DNA from: Bugula neritina | Lineage: Eukaryota; Animalia; Bryozoa | Assembly (NCBI GenBank): GCA_964035545.1 | Contig: OZ037768.1 | Location: 17,715,700-17,779,699, forward strand | Direction: 5' to 3' | Length of the DNA stretch: 64,000 nt | Part shown: in pieces, positions 47,701 through 60,586 of the stretch | Numbering within the stretch: the first letter of the stretch is position 1 | Layout of the letters: each line of letters starts with the position of its first letter | Made by a program: the position numbers and the translations under genes | Notes under the pieces: model-generated | The model's input: the letters and a program-made list of their open reading frames with translations, nothing else | Database searches by the model: none | What the model was told of the DNA's origin: nothing

Positions 47701-50048
47701 TCAAGTCATTTTGTTCAACTTACTCTTACCTATTATATATGTCACACCAAAGCTGGGATTCCAAAGCCGATGGTAAAATTACTTTGGATCCATGACTATG
47801 GTTTTTGTATTCTTCAATCACAAAGTGATTGATCATCTGAAATTTAAATAGGTGAAGAATTTAAACATGCAATTGTGCAAACCGTTTCAGTCACAGTAAA
47901 AAAGCAAGTTTTTCCATTTCATAAGCTCATCAGTGCTCAAATATTTTAAATCAGTTTTAAATAAAATTAAGTATATTAGTTACAAAAATATTGCTATATA
48001 ATAACCTCTATGTATTCATTCAAGCAAACAGCAGCAACTCCAGACTTCTTTTCACATAGTAGTACATCAGACTCACTACCATATTTGAAAACCAGTATCC
48101 TTTTGTCTTCATCAAGGTAAAAAGGAGCAGAGCCTGCAAGATAGAAAGCCAATAATTGACCTATAAAATTTAGTAAATTACTTATAAAATAGCATTAATT
48201 TCTCAAAATTAAGAAAATTCCTTAATTAATTTACTTGTAAATTTTTAAACAGTAATCTTACTTATTGTACATCATACAAAACAACTCTAAGAGCATAATA
48301 CTATGTATAACTTTAAATAGTAATTGCAAATATTATAAATCTACATGTTTAATCTACTAATCAGAACTATATTTCCAACTCAAGATCAACGTTAGTCAAG
48401 TGCTTATGACAGTCCTATGCTAAAATTACATCACAAATGCAATGTTGTAAATGTTTTGACAAAAGTATAAAGAAAACTGGCACCACATGATTTAATTACA
48501 ATTATTGTAAATATACTATTACCAAAGATATGATTAATAAGAGCTTCCATTATTTAACTTTGTTGGGTCAGACTTCTATCTTTGCACTTGTATACAATCA
48601 TGTAGAAGGCCCCTGCTTGATTGCCAACAGAGTCTATCATAAAAAGATTGCGGAAATCAGAATAAAAGCTTACATCAAAGATAGGTTTACAGTCTCGCGC
48701 AACTGGGTTCTGCTTCCATGATAATAAGGTTCAATGTGATATCGGAGACGTTGTGTTAGCCTCTATTGTGATAGATAGGTAAAATTTCTTGAAAAGAAAA
48801 GCTTACAGATTTTTTATCTGCTACATATTATGGAGTATCCTTTACAAATCATAAGCTCATATCAACAACCTTATTGGCTAGCAGGCACAGTAGGTATGTC
48901 CTAATTAGTGCATATATCAACCTATCAACATGGAGATTTTTGCTGTTTAATCCAACATTCCAGATTAAAGATTTAGGGCAGTCACCTCTATTTAGTTCTA
49001 ACTATTGAATAAAACCTATAAATGCTTCTATATAATCACTAAGTTTCAAAGTTTTGCGTTATCTGAATGGGTTTTTCATTTGGAAACAGATGCATCGATT
49101 GTAACCACAACTATAAGTTCATTCAAATGCTAACCACAAATTTACCAGTATAAGCATTCAAATGCAAAGCATTGAATGCTGTGAATTTTACAGTGTCAGT
49201 GTTCTGCTCATAGTTATGTACTATATATTGAAAACATCTTCTACACTCACAAAAAACATCTGTATAGACTGAAGCTTTGTGTGTATGTGTGCGCTGGGTG
49301 TGTGTAACATTTTAACATTCACATTAAATTTCACTATCACCTTGCATTTTATCAATCATCATTTTATCATGCAATGCAATTGACAATCACAATCACTTTG
49401 TCCCAACGACAATTCCTGCAACAGTCGGCATAAAATTAGGGAAATAGAATAGCAAAATGATAAGAAAATGTTTTCAACAAAACATTTAGTTTCACATTGT
49501 CTGGTTTAAATAATGTTGTTACTTAGATTAGGATTTATAAGTTGAGAAAAAAATAAAATTGACTTAAAACCTGAACTGTGATCAAAGTAATCTAGCAATG
49601 CCATACTCATACTGATTGTGATAGAGTGACTGTGAGTCATAGCTGATGATGGTGATTTAAAAAATGTTTAGTTAAAACTGTAAACATAAAACATAAAAGT
49701 AGAACTAAATGACACTAATAGTAATAATAACAGTTTTACTTATTAAATTTACAGCTATTTTAACTCTTGTTTTTAGAGTTAGTACTACTAATTAGAAGGG
49801 CTAAAGACTGAAGCCATTGTCATTCACTCGTACTCAGTCTCATAGTCATAGATGATATTGATAGTCATTGTCATTGTGATTGTGATTACCTATCGGGGCC
49901 AAGGGAATTTAGCTTTACTTTTAGTAAGAAGTAAAAACTATAGCAGCTTACACCTAGTTTATAAACTTAATAAATCCACTATTTTGCCATATGTGACTTT
50001 ACTAATAGTAATTATTAAAATATTCTAAAGTTGAAACTTACAGAGCAT
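38709..50048 (-). CDS. TERT: Telomerase reverse transcriptase (TEN, TRBD, RT, CTE), about 20 exons
   Basis: TEN: SALESQLWCDIYNR|YGSQ..SNSYLQISG (~47730-47836, ~47294-47383). TRBD: VPHWK|IKQLIKRIL..LLSS. T motif: LEWLTTTICYVIK|YFFYVTE..LYFCRTYW (~44939-45006, ~44342-44551). Motifs 1/2: LRFLPDTNKLRPI. Motif A: YYFAKADVTKCYDSI (43039-43129). Motif B': GIPQGSVVSSVLCDIYY (~41969-42165). Motifs C/D: LLLRNLDDYLL..KLEKT (~40766-40957). Motif E: WCQF (~40578-40658). CTE exons PIFLDSV|INDA.., NPKLWF and ELCFEQFLL, with stop at 38709-38711. The 5' end is uncertain: a short exon ATGCTCT|gtaagt lies at 50048-50042, and exons 48000-48900 were not fully resolved. Confidence 0.93.
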
Positions 50049-50265
50049 GTTGAGCTGTCAACTGCTCAGAGAGCACGTGTTCGCGAATAAGTTGTACAAA
50101 AAGTAATTAATCTTGTTACTATTTATAAGCCAATACCGTTCATACAACAATATCGCGCGCATCTTTAAAGCAACTGTTGACCACGTGGATACTTAGCGCC
50201 CAATGAAACTATTATAATATGATTATGTATGAATACATGTCTAACTACTATGCAATGTCACGCGT
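50049..50265 (-). promoter_or_regulatory. Putative TERT core promoter/5'UTR with two canonical E-boxes
   Basis: CACGTG at 50074-50079 and 50182-50187. CpG-rich patch (ttcgcgaa, atcgcgcgc, cacgcg) in otherwise CpG-poor DNA. CCAAT at ~50130 and ~50200. Lies directly upstream of the exon ending in a gtaagt donor at 50041. Confidence 0.6.
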
Positions 50266-51144
50266 CTTTTTTCCATACTTTTACCATCTTCACTTTTATG
50301 TGAGTCTTGTAGTACTGCAGTCACAACTTTTAAAATTTTTGTAGCCTTAGCGACAAAAATGTTCAAATGGTATTTAGATGAGAACTGATGTGAAGTTAAA
50401 TGCGTGTTTTGTTACTTATATCTCAAGCAAGCTATAAATACTATAAAACACAACTTCTTGTAGATCTCACTTCTAAGCCTACTAAACTGTTTAATATCTT
50501 ATTCCTATATATGAAAAAATTAACAAACTTAACACATAACTATTCTACAACTTAGTAAAATTAATTTAGAAGCTATATACAAGCAAACCTCAAATGTGAA
50601 TTATAATATACTGTTGTAATAAATAAACAACACAAAGGCATAGGCCATTATTGTCAATAAAATCCCATTTTTATATTTGCATAGTATTTGATAGCATAGA
50701 ATTATAATACTATATTGTATAGAACCTGATAGCCATTAACTGAATCTGCATGTAATCAAATTAAATTTAAGTATAGATTAGGTAAAATAATAAGTGATTA
50801 ATTATCACAAATGCCTATGTTACAAAATCCAGTATAGTTTTGCTAAAAGTAAAACTAATTCAACATTAGATGTGCAAAACAGTTACGAGGCAATCAAACC
50901 ACATAGTAAGTGCTGCATTCTGTTTGTAACTTTGGGGAAAAGTATGAATAATTCAATTATAAAATGTTTTGAGCAATTAAAATTTCAAACACCAAATATA
51001 ACAAAATAAATTTGTATCATATGCATGGCAAGATAAAAAAATCTAAATCAGTTCCAAAAGTAGATGTGTAAGAGATGAATGACAAAGTCATAAACTATTG
51101 CAAACCAAATAATCAATGCATGCCATCATAACATACAAGATAGC

Positions 51145-54100
51145 TTAGCTACTCAAAAAAGTTTTAATATGCCCATTCACTTCCTCAGGTTTGTCCTGCT
51201 GTACCCAATGGCTGGCTCCCTCAATAAACACTAGCTTGCATTTCTCAGCCTTAGAAACTGAGGCTTCAGCAATCTGCTTAGTCAGGAACAAGTCTTCTGT
51301 GCCCCATAACAGCAGCATCGGCACTGTGATTTTCCCACGAGGAATAGTAGCAGCGTAAGTGAAATTAGCCCGGATATAGTTATGACTGGCTACACGAGCT
51401 TCTACAAAACATACAGTGAAATATAAGCAATAAATCACAAATAGCAATCAGAAATATCTACAACGCAATGCATACTTTAATAACAATCATATTACCCCAA
51501 GTAGCAATAGAATATTTAAAAACATCTAAATCATCCTTGGTTAAATTGTTTCTGTTCTTGACACCAGCTTTTCTTCCTCTTAAAGTTGCTGCCAACATTG
51601 CAAAATCATTGCTTCTCATGACAATCTCCGGCAGGTATGGGATGAGGAAATAAAACATGTACCTAAAATATATCATTGATTACAGCCATTTGTTTTATTA
51701 AACTCAACTATGCTCCATTTTCATATTACAAATAAAATACACACATGTAAACAAAAACATTATAAGCTTCGTCCTATTATAAGAAAGAGCAGAAGGGCCC
51801 GAATTATTGAAATATGTTTATTGGTTGCCTTTTATGTTACACAACCCAAGTTTATCCGATTTTTATTCATATGGCTGTATTCTTTTCAGACATGCCAAGA
51901 GCCGGCAAAGCCAGAGATTTTATTCACATCAAAATAATTAGCCTAACCGTGTCACAGCTTGGCACATCCTCAGAATTTAGAACACTACTTACTGACTGGT
52001 GCATATTACTTGTTCAATTACAACTTTACTAAATAAATACGGTGTTTGTATGATTCAACTTACTACTGAGCAGTACTAACTCAAGTTATTATAAGCCAAT
52101 GTGTGGTGCAAGAACATTCACATATACAACATATACTTGAATTGTTAGGGCAAAAGAGAATATTATATTACATTTTAAAAACTAGACCTGTAAGTTGAAG
52201 TCAATTAGTGCTGTAATTTTATGAATTCCACTTTGAACACAAACTAATGGTAAACCAACAGCACAACCCACCAGGTTTAAAATAATAAAACATTCAGCGA
52301 AGAAGAAGTTATATATTAAGTCAGTGAGTTTATTCAAGTTGTCAACATACCAAGAGGCAAGAAACTGCTTAATGCTGCCAGTCAAGTACTTGAAATGAAC
52401 TGATGGATGAGGTGCATTTAATACAATGGCTTTCTCACACATTTCAGGGTACTTTGCCGCAAACTGCCAGGTAATAACTCCTCCCCAGTCATGTCCAATT
52501 ACCGTAGCTTTCTCATATCCTGCAATATTTAACATAACTATTAGTAATTGTATCAGCTGGTTTAGTCTGTCTTAAAAAAAATGTTCTAGAAATAAATGTA
52601 ATGTAACTTTTAAAACTAAAATCTTATCCATGCACAACTTCAAAGAATTACTGGGCTGATTGTGTTAGTTCTTGAAAAATAAGAGAACTTCAATAGAATA
52701 TGCTGCTGTGGTGATTGCAGTGAAATTAGTATATGTGTATGTTAGCAAAATTTTTCTGTTTTTGTTATGCCAGGAATACATTATAAAATGAACAATAAAT
52801 TAGTTACCATTACTGTTCGCAGCACTGTTAAAGTTTGCAGTGGAAAGACGTAATGGTATGTAAAGAATAAAAGGAGAAAAAGAAGAAAAACTGACATCAC
52901 TCATCAGTACTAAAACCAACCAAGTTTTCTTATTAAACTGGGTACATCTTCAACCAAATAGTCCAGAGCATAATTCTCTAATTCTTGAGGTTTGTCACTA
53001 TCACCGTAACCTCGCATGTCCACAGCCACAACCCTAACATAGAAGTAGTAACTTGATGAGAACAAAGTATACAAGATATGTTAATAATGTATAAGCTTTT
53101 TCTGGTCCAGTTGATAGAGTCCCTTGTCTAATATGATGTATATGGGATAAACTGTCGTTAAATTACTATAAATATTATTAGTCATTTAAAATAAGCATTC
53201 TAACAAAATTTCTTCTGGACTAGTTTGATGCCTACAAGCTACATGTAAAAGGTCAAATATACCACTTTTGCTACGTAAGGTAAAAAATTTTAAAACTTGA
53301 AAGAAAGCACTATATCAACAGGTTTCTCTATAAACTTCAATTATAAAAATAACACGCTATGCAAGTATTAATAATTCACCAGATGTAAACAACATTTAAA
53401 AAAAAGAATTGATAATTTGTATGAAAAGTCCTGCGAGTTTATTTATTTATGCGCATCAATTTATAAAATGGTAACTGCTCATACCTAAACTGGTCACTCA
53501 ACTCTCTCAGCTGAAATCGCCAAGAATACCAAGATTCTGGAAATCCGTGAAGAAGCAGCACCAAAGGTTTTCCTTGCTCCCCATTGCTGACGTACTTGAT
53601 TCTTAGAGTCTAAATCACAATTTCATGTGCAAATTATTTATTTCGGTTTGACAATTTGTTTTATGATATTCTGATATCTATCACTTCTTTGATATTATTG
53701 GAACGCCTAAATTCACTTAAATTAAAGTTGTGATAATTGAACGAGGCATGGTGATTTCATGAAAATTTATAGCTTCCTCACATATCCAACACTTACCAAC
53801 ACACTTTTAATAATGCCTGGATGATACACAAGCAGTAGGATAATAAAAGTAGGAAGAGTCAGAAGCATATTATTACAAACAGTTCTATAAACAGCCTTGT
53901 GTGCTATTAAAGGTATAAAACTAGTTGCAAGTATAGTTTAACTTTAATGTTACTTATTAAAATAAAATTGATTTTAATTGGGGAGACCCATAATATTAAT
54001 AATATCATAATGATAATAATAACCAGAGTGATACTGATAACCATGCTAATAATTAATAATGATAATCACAATCACTATCAGTATCACAATGGTATTGATA

Positions 54101-54529
54101 ATGATGCGAAAATTATTGAGAAACTCGGAGTAGACTGCTTGCAAACTGCTACATTATCTATTAGGCTTGGCCTAAACCAAAATAAACATAAAAAAGTTGA
54201 CAGTCTAATGAAATTCAAATATTTTACAGTTCCATCAAAGGGGGCGTGGCAAATGGAGAATCAGAATAAATTTTATCACTTACGCCCCAGTTTGTTACGG
54301 CGGTGTCAATATTAACCGCTCCTCGACGTCCTAATGATGACTCATAGGCACAATCTGGTAACTTTGTATACTCTTTAGCATACAGAAATTTTCTTGGATT
54401 TGATAAAAACCGAATAATAATTCCTATTACTATCCAACTGCCCCAAAAGATAGCCACACAACTGGTAAATAACCGTACATAAACCGGATGCTTTACCAAG
54501 GCCATGTTAAAGTGATTTCGCAATAACAT
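51145..54529 (-). CDS. Epoxide hydrolase 3/4-like alpha/beta hydrolase, paralogue A
   Basis: Six exons (~54282-54529, ~53485-53609, ~52920-53034, ~52350-52519, ~51496-51662, 51145-51401). N-terminal TM anchor, LLHGFPESWYSWRFQL, VAVDMRGYGDSDKP, nucleophile IGHDWGG, SWYMF, LLWGTED, ASHWVQQDKPEEVN. Start is 54529 or 54505. Confidence 0.92.
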
Positions 54530-56900
54530 TTTAGTATGACAACTCCATAATAGGGCATCACTTTCATCGTGGTGATTATTTAAATATTATTGGTGGTGAT
54601 GATTGTCTCCCCCCCCCCCCCAACTGCGTACCCTCTATATATCACCTGAAAACTTTATTCTCTTATTTAGTGTACTCAATGGGTGGAGAGGGTACAAAAA
54701 CGAGATAACAATAATTATTATCATTTATCCATGATGATATACGCTCCTAACATATTCATTTTATGCTTATTTCAGGTTGCGGATAACAAAGGAACTTTAC
54801 AGGCTTTTTTAAGTTGGTGAACATTGAGATGGCTCTCTAAACTATGAGGACTGGCTTTAACAATTTGCCTCGCACCAAAACAGTTGTGAGTCTGTTACAA
54901 AAAATATTTTGTGATCCCCCCCCCCCCAAAAGAGGATTTTGGCATTCAAAAGGCCAGTATTAAAACAAAATTTTAAGGCTTACCTTCTAATATTGTGCTT
55001 TTGCAGTCATTAATTTTTTGTTATTACTAGTATTGATGCTCTGCAAAAATGAAAAAGAAAACACCAAGAGCCAAGTCAATACTAAAGTTAAATATAATAT
55101 AATTATGCTATATTACAGCCAGATGCTGTTCTAGCTTACTTAGTTTTCTTGAAAACAAGAATCTTTAGTATAAGCTTTGTAAGTAAATTTCTGAAGCACA
55201 TCTAACATTTGGGTTTCATTGTAGACTACACATTTTTTTATTATATTGTTAGTCATGAAACCCAATAAAATTAAGACATAGACATTAAAGAGAAACATTT
55301 TTGTAGGTACTAAATTTTGATAGATTATATTTTCTAATTTCTTGTATTCTTATTCAAACTGTTGCAGGTTATAGGAAAGTGTTACTGGGATATGAGAGTA
55401 ATAGTCCATGCCAATGAACATTTACTGGTTTTAACTAACATTGACTTGAGCAAAATATTAAAAAATTCAGGCTCAAAGTAATAAATTATAATTTAGAATC
55501 TAATCAGCACAAGGAAGCATTCAGCCAACAGCTGTAATTCAGCCAATGAGAAAAGTGGTAAATTGTCATGGCATAAACGAATATTCAAGTGATCTTCCGT
55601 TTCCTCCAACACATTACATCAATATTACCAGTGTGCATAGATGTTATATAGACTGCATTAAGAGCTTAGTGATTTTAAAGGTACTATTTCATTTCATATA
55701 TAGCAGTACCAGTTTGAATTTCAAGCCGTTTCTTACGATATGTCAATACTAGAATTTAAAAAAGTTAGTTAGACAATTTGAAGATTATTAAAAAATAGTT
55801 GCTACTGCCCATCATTTACTAACAAATTTTTGCTTAGCTTGGGATCTTATTTTCTGGTTTAGCATTACATATATTACTCCATTTCATAAGCAAACAACAT
55901 CCTAAATTACAAAACAAATTATTGAGAACTGCAACTTTACATCTACCTCCTTCAAGATCAAGAATGCTTAGCACTTGCTTGAAATTTTTAGCTGTAGAGT
56001 GTCAAACCGTAAGTTTTATTGTAACTTTTTGCTGTGAAACCAAAAAAAAGGTTAACTGTTGCCTTTCAAATAAAGACATATTTTTTATAAAAATTATATT
56101 GATAGTAGCATTTGAAGTTGGCAGCTTTTTAACCTTGACATCAGCCCAGTAAGTAGTACATACCAACAATGCACATAATCAAAGGGTTAATAAGTATGCA
56201 TTGATAACAACTTTGTTACTCTGGCTTATTCATGTCTCATAGACTTAGCACTCTATTAGTAAACCTTATAATATACTTGTTTGAAGAATTTTTTACAGAG
56301 ACCTAACCTGCAAAATTCATTGACAACCAAGCTATTTACTACTGACAACATATACATAATCTTATAGAGCAAGACAATTGGTACATGGATAAATGAATTT
56401 TTAATTTAGGTTAATTAGGAAGTAGTTAATAGTAAATAACTGTGAATTCATTTACAAACACAAACTTTATATTATTGTGATTAATAAGTACATTATTAAT
56501 ATGTGGGCTCACAAAAACAAAATTTATTATGAAGAAGATATAGAAATTATTCTATAGAACTTATTAACATTACTTTACACAACATTGAAAAATTGTATAA
56601 AAAAAATCACGTTTCCAAAAATTATATTAGAGGGTTTTACAATAGAACTTTTAATTAAACAATTTTTAATAGTATCACATTTAATTTATGGACAGGAATA
56701 TTTGGACAGGAATTTTTGGTTGCTTTTGACATACATTGGGAAGAAATTATAAGCTAGCAGATTAATAACATCAAAAACTTAAAGATAAAGGTTGAAAAAC
56801 TCAATTCTATTATATTTGCATGCAAACGAAACCTTCTTAAAGTTTCTTCTAACGCAATAAACGACTGGCAAAAACAAATTTCATTAGAAACTCTGGTAGA

Positions 56901-59900
56901 CTAGTTTAAGAATTTCCACATATACTTGTTAACTTCTTCCGGGTTATCCTGCTGCACCCAGTGGCTTGCACCAGCCACGTATTCAACACTAATCAGGTTG
57001 GAGACTTTAGCACTAAGTGCCGCAAGTTCCAATGACAAAGCAACGTCTTCTGTCCCCCAGATAAGAAGAAGTGGACAGGAGATGGAAGATTTCTTTAATC
57101 TTTCAATGAACTGAGGCGAGATATTCCCTATGTTGGCACGGTAATAGTTGAGAGCACACTTTCTGGCCTCTAAAGTAAGATATATAGTGTAGATACAAGA
57201 GAACAGAATGACATACTTCTTAATAAATTATATATATCTGATATTATCATTACTGTACCCTATGCCTGGCTACTTGAAAAACCATCTAATGAAAAGTAGC
57301 ATTTATATTTTTATTTAAATTAAAAAAAATTTTAATAAAGAGTTGTTTATTCGAAACAGCTGCATCATAATTTGCAATTTTTATAAATTAAAATAAGAAC
57401 CAATCCAATAAAAATTCCCATCTTTAGATGTGTTCAACTTTTTACATTAATTATTAATAAGGTGCTAGAAGCTAGAAGCTAATCGATAGATGTTAGCCCA
57501 CCCCCCCCCCCTTTTTCTCCAATACAAACTAAAACTATAAAGGATCTAATTAAGAAAAAACTGTAATGTCAAGAAATTCTAAAAAAGAATGTTTAGCTAC
57601 TAAAAGCCAATTCTTAAATATAATTAAAAAACAGCAGTGAGTTTACAATATAAAATAATAGCCATTTCAATTTTTAAGACAGGTTGAAGTTTTAAAGTTT
57701 AGAAAAAGACAATCTACAAAAAGATTTAAACATCTAATGTTTGAACAATTTTTCTTGAAAGTGGTGCACATTAAAGCGTAGAAGACCACATTATTTAAAT
57801 AAGTGATACATAGATATATCTGGACGAACTTTATATATAAGCAAGGTACCACTTGGATAAAGATAATAAGAATTACAATGCATGCACAAGTATTACACTA
57901 AATTATGGGCCTATGACCTAGACCAAATTGTATCAAGCTTACCCCAAGAGTGTAGTGCATGTTTGTATACATCAACATCAGCTTCTGTCATATTTTCCAG
58001 ATTTCTCACACCAGATTCTTTACCACGAAAGAACTCATCAAATATTTGAAGATCACAACATCCCATGAACATTTCAGGTAACCATGGAAGTTGGAAGAAA
58101 AACATGTACCTGTGTGATATATATACACAAACCTTGGAAATGCTAGTTATAATGTAGCTTTATTAAAAAAATTGGGCGAAAAGAATGATAAATTTGTTGC
58201 ATTTTATCACTAGTGCTTAAATTGGTGATGGAAAATGACGAATTTCTTAAATTCAAAATAGTTTTTTTGTCTAAAACTTACTATCTAGTTTGCATATCGA
58301 ATTAGTTAGTAAAAGTTCAATTATTTACAGAAAAATGGATGCAAAAAAGCTGTTGAGTGAATAATTGAAAAAGAGATGCCTTTTTCTTTTGAAAATGTTA
58401 TACTGATGAAGATAAGGTTTTGTATTAATAGTACATATACAAGTACATTAGCTAGACTGTAATTATTCAACAAAGGAAAATTAAACAAAAATCTGGTAAA
58501 TCAAATCAACGCTATGGTAAATTTATTTATTTCAAGAACTTGAAGGAAATGAAAACCCACATATTTCTCTGATAAAGATCAAGAATACAAGTCTGCATTC
58601 AAATCCCTCCCCCACATCTTCAGATGAAAGATTATGTACCTTAAGCTAACATAAATGGCAGGTTGATAACTTTTGTAGTTTTTATATGCAACTAGATGCA
58701 ACACTCATTATAATTGAGCAAATGAAATACAATAGTTGAGTTTACTTCACAATGCTTACCACTGAACTAGAAATAATATTTTCCAGTTCATTGATGCTCA
58801 AGATTAAACATGAAAAAGGATAGCAACATTATCAAACTAAGATAAGAATAATACCATTGAGCTAGTAGACATACTATAACAAGACAGACTAGTTTAATCA
58901 CTTATGTCTCACTCAGTATAGTTAATAAACCTTACAACCTGAATTCCCACAGAGGTCAAGTGTTGTTACCTATGCAAATGAAGATAATAAGTTTTGATAG
59001 AAGTAGACCAAGCCTGTTGTTTGGTGAGTGGGAAACATTTACCAAGTTTACTTATTTTATACATCCACTATTACTAGACCATGAGTGCCACAGTAGCATA
59101 ATTGGCAAAAGAATGGTAATTTTGCTTCAAATTTAGCAAATAAAACATTCCAGTTATCTTACTATCAGCAGAGACAGCAGCAAAAGAGGTATGTTCAGGT
59201 TTAACTAAAGACATCAGAAAATGGCAGAGTTTAGGTTTGCCCAATATGAAACGCATTATGACAAATAAAGCAACACCAGACGCTTGCATGTGTGAATTTT
59301 GGTGTTGGTTGAGTCTTTCATTAAAGTAAAATTTTCATGTAACCATTGTAATTTAAACCTTTATTTTTCTAGGATAAAAGTGCAATAACTAGGTCTTGCA
59401 CAAAAGTAGAACCTGAACTATAATAGCAAAAAAGTTGAAACCACTCAATTGTTAGTAAACTTTGACAAATTGCACCTGTTTGGATAGAAATTCTAAAATG
59501 TAATCACAAAAAGTGAGATGAGACAAATTAGAACCCCAGTGAAAATTTGAAATCATCATCATGCAATACTACAAACCACAGTGTAGGATCAACTCTTATT
59601 CAAGTATATAAAACTCACACAAGTTTATAGTCGCCATCTCTGTGAGAAACCCCTGATGGACGGGTTTTTGTTAAATTGGGCTAAGGACTTATTCAAATAG
59701 GGCACAGGAGCAATTATGATTGGATGCTCTTCCTAACATCACCAATGGGTACGAGCTCATGACTTCGTGCTTACTAACCCCTACACCACGGCTGCTCCCT
59801 CTTATTCAAATATATAATTTGGAATAAAATGTTTGGTTTTGCACTGTCAAAGCATAAATCTTTAGGAAAAATGTAATATCTCATGCAAATAGTTGTGTAG

Positions 59901-60273
59901 AACTTACCAAGACTTTCGGTATTGCTTTAATGTTCCAAACATCTTTCTCATTGCAGAAGAGTGAGGAGCATTCATAATGATAACTTTGTCACACATTGAT
60001 GAGTATAGGCTGGCAAATGACCACACCAAAGCACCGCCCCAGTCATGAGCGACTATTGTCCCTTTCTCATAGCCTAGAAGCAAACAAATACTGAATTATA
60101 TGCTGTGTGACAGCATTAAAACTTCTTCAGTGTTAACCATAGTCAAATATCTATTCAAAAAATAATAGTATTTTAAAAATAATGTAATTTACATAGCAGA
60201 TTACCGCATAGTGTAAATTATACTGTCACAATTAATTTCTTAAAAATGTTATTTTTTTGATATTTCAATGTTT

Positions 60274-60366
<93 letters not shown>

Positions 60367-60545
60367 ATCTGTGGACAGCAGCTGTTTCGGGATTTGTCCC
60401 CTCATCAGCACAGAACAGAGTACCATGGCCCACACCTTCGCAATAGTAAAACTTATAGTTTTACTAAAGCATTTTTAAAAGGTGTGTAAACTCAAGCCAG
60501 AGTGCTCAAGTGACTCTAGGGGTCACCTAGGAGTCACGAGCATTG

Positions 60546-60586
<41 letters not shown>

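Noticed and set aside
53947-54315. 122-aa plus-strand ORF
   Set aside because: Low-complexity Ile/Asn-rich translation of an intron, antisense to EPHX-A, with no recognisable domain.
60257-60489. ORFs with poly-YI tracts
   Set aside because: These are translations of a (TA)n microsatellite.
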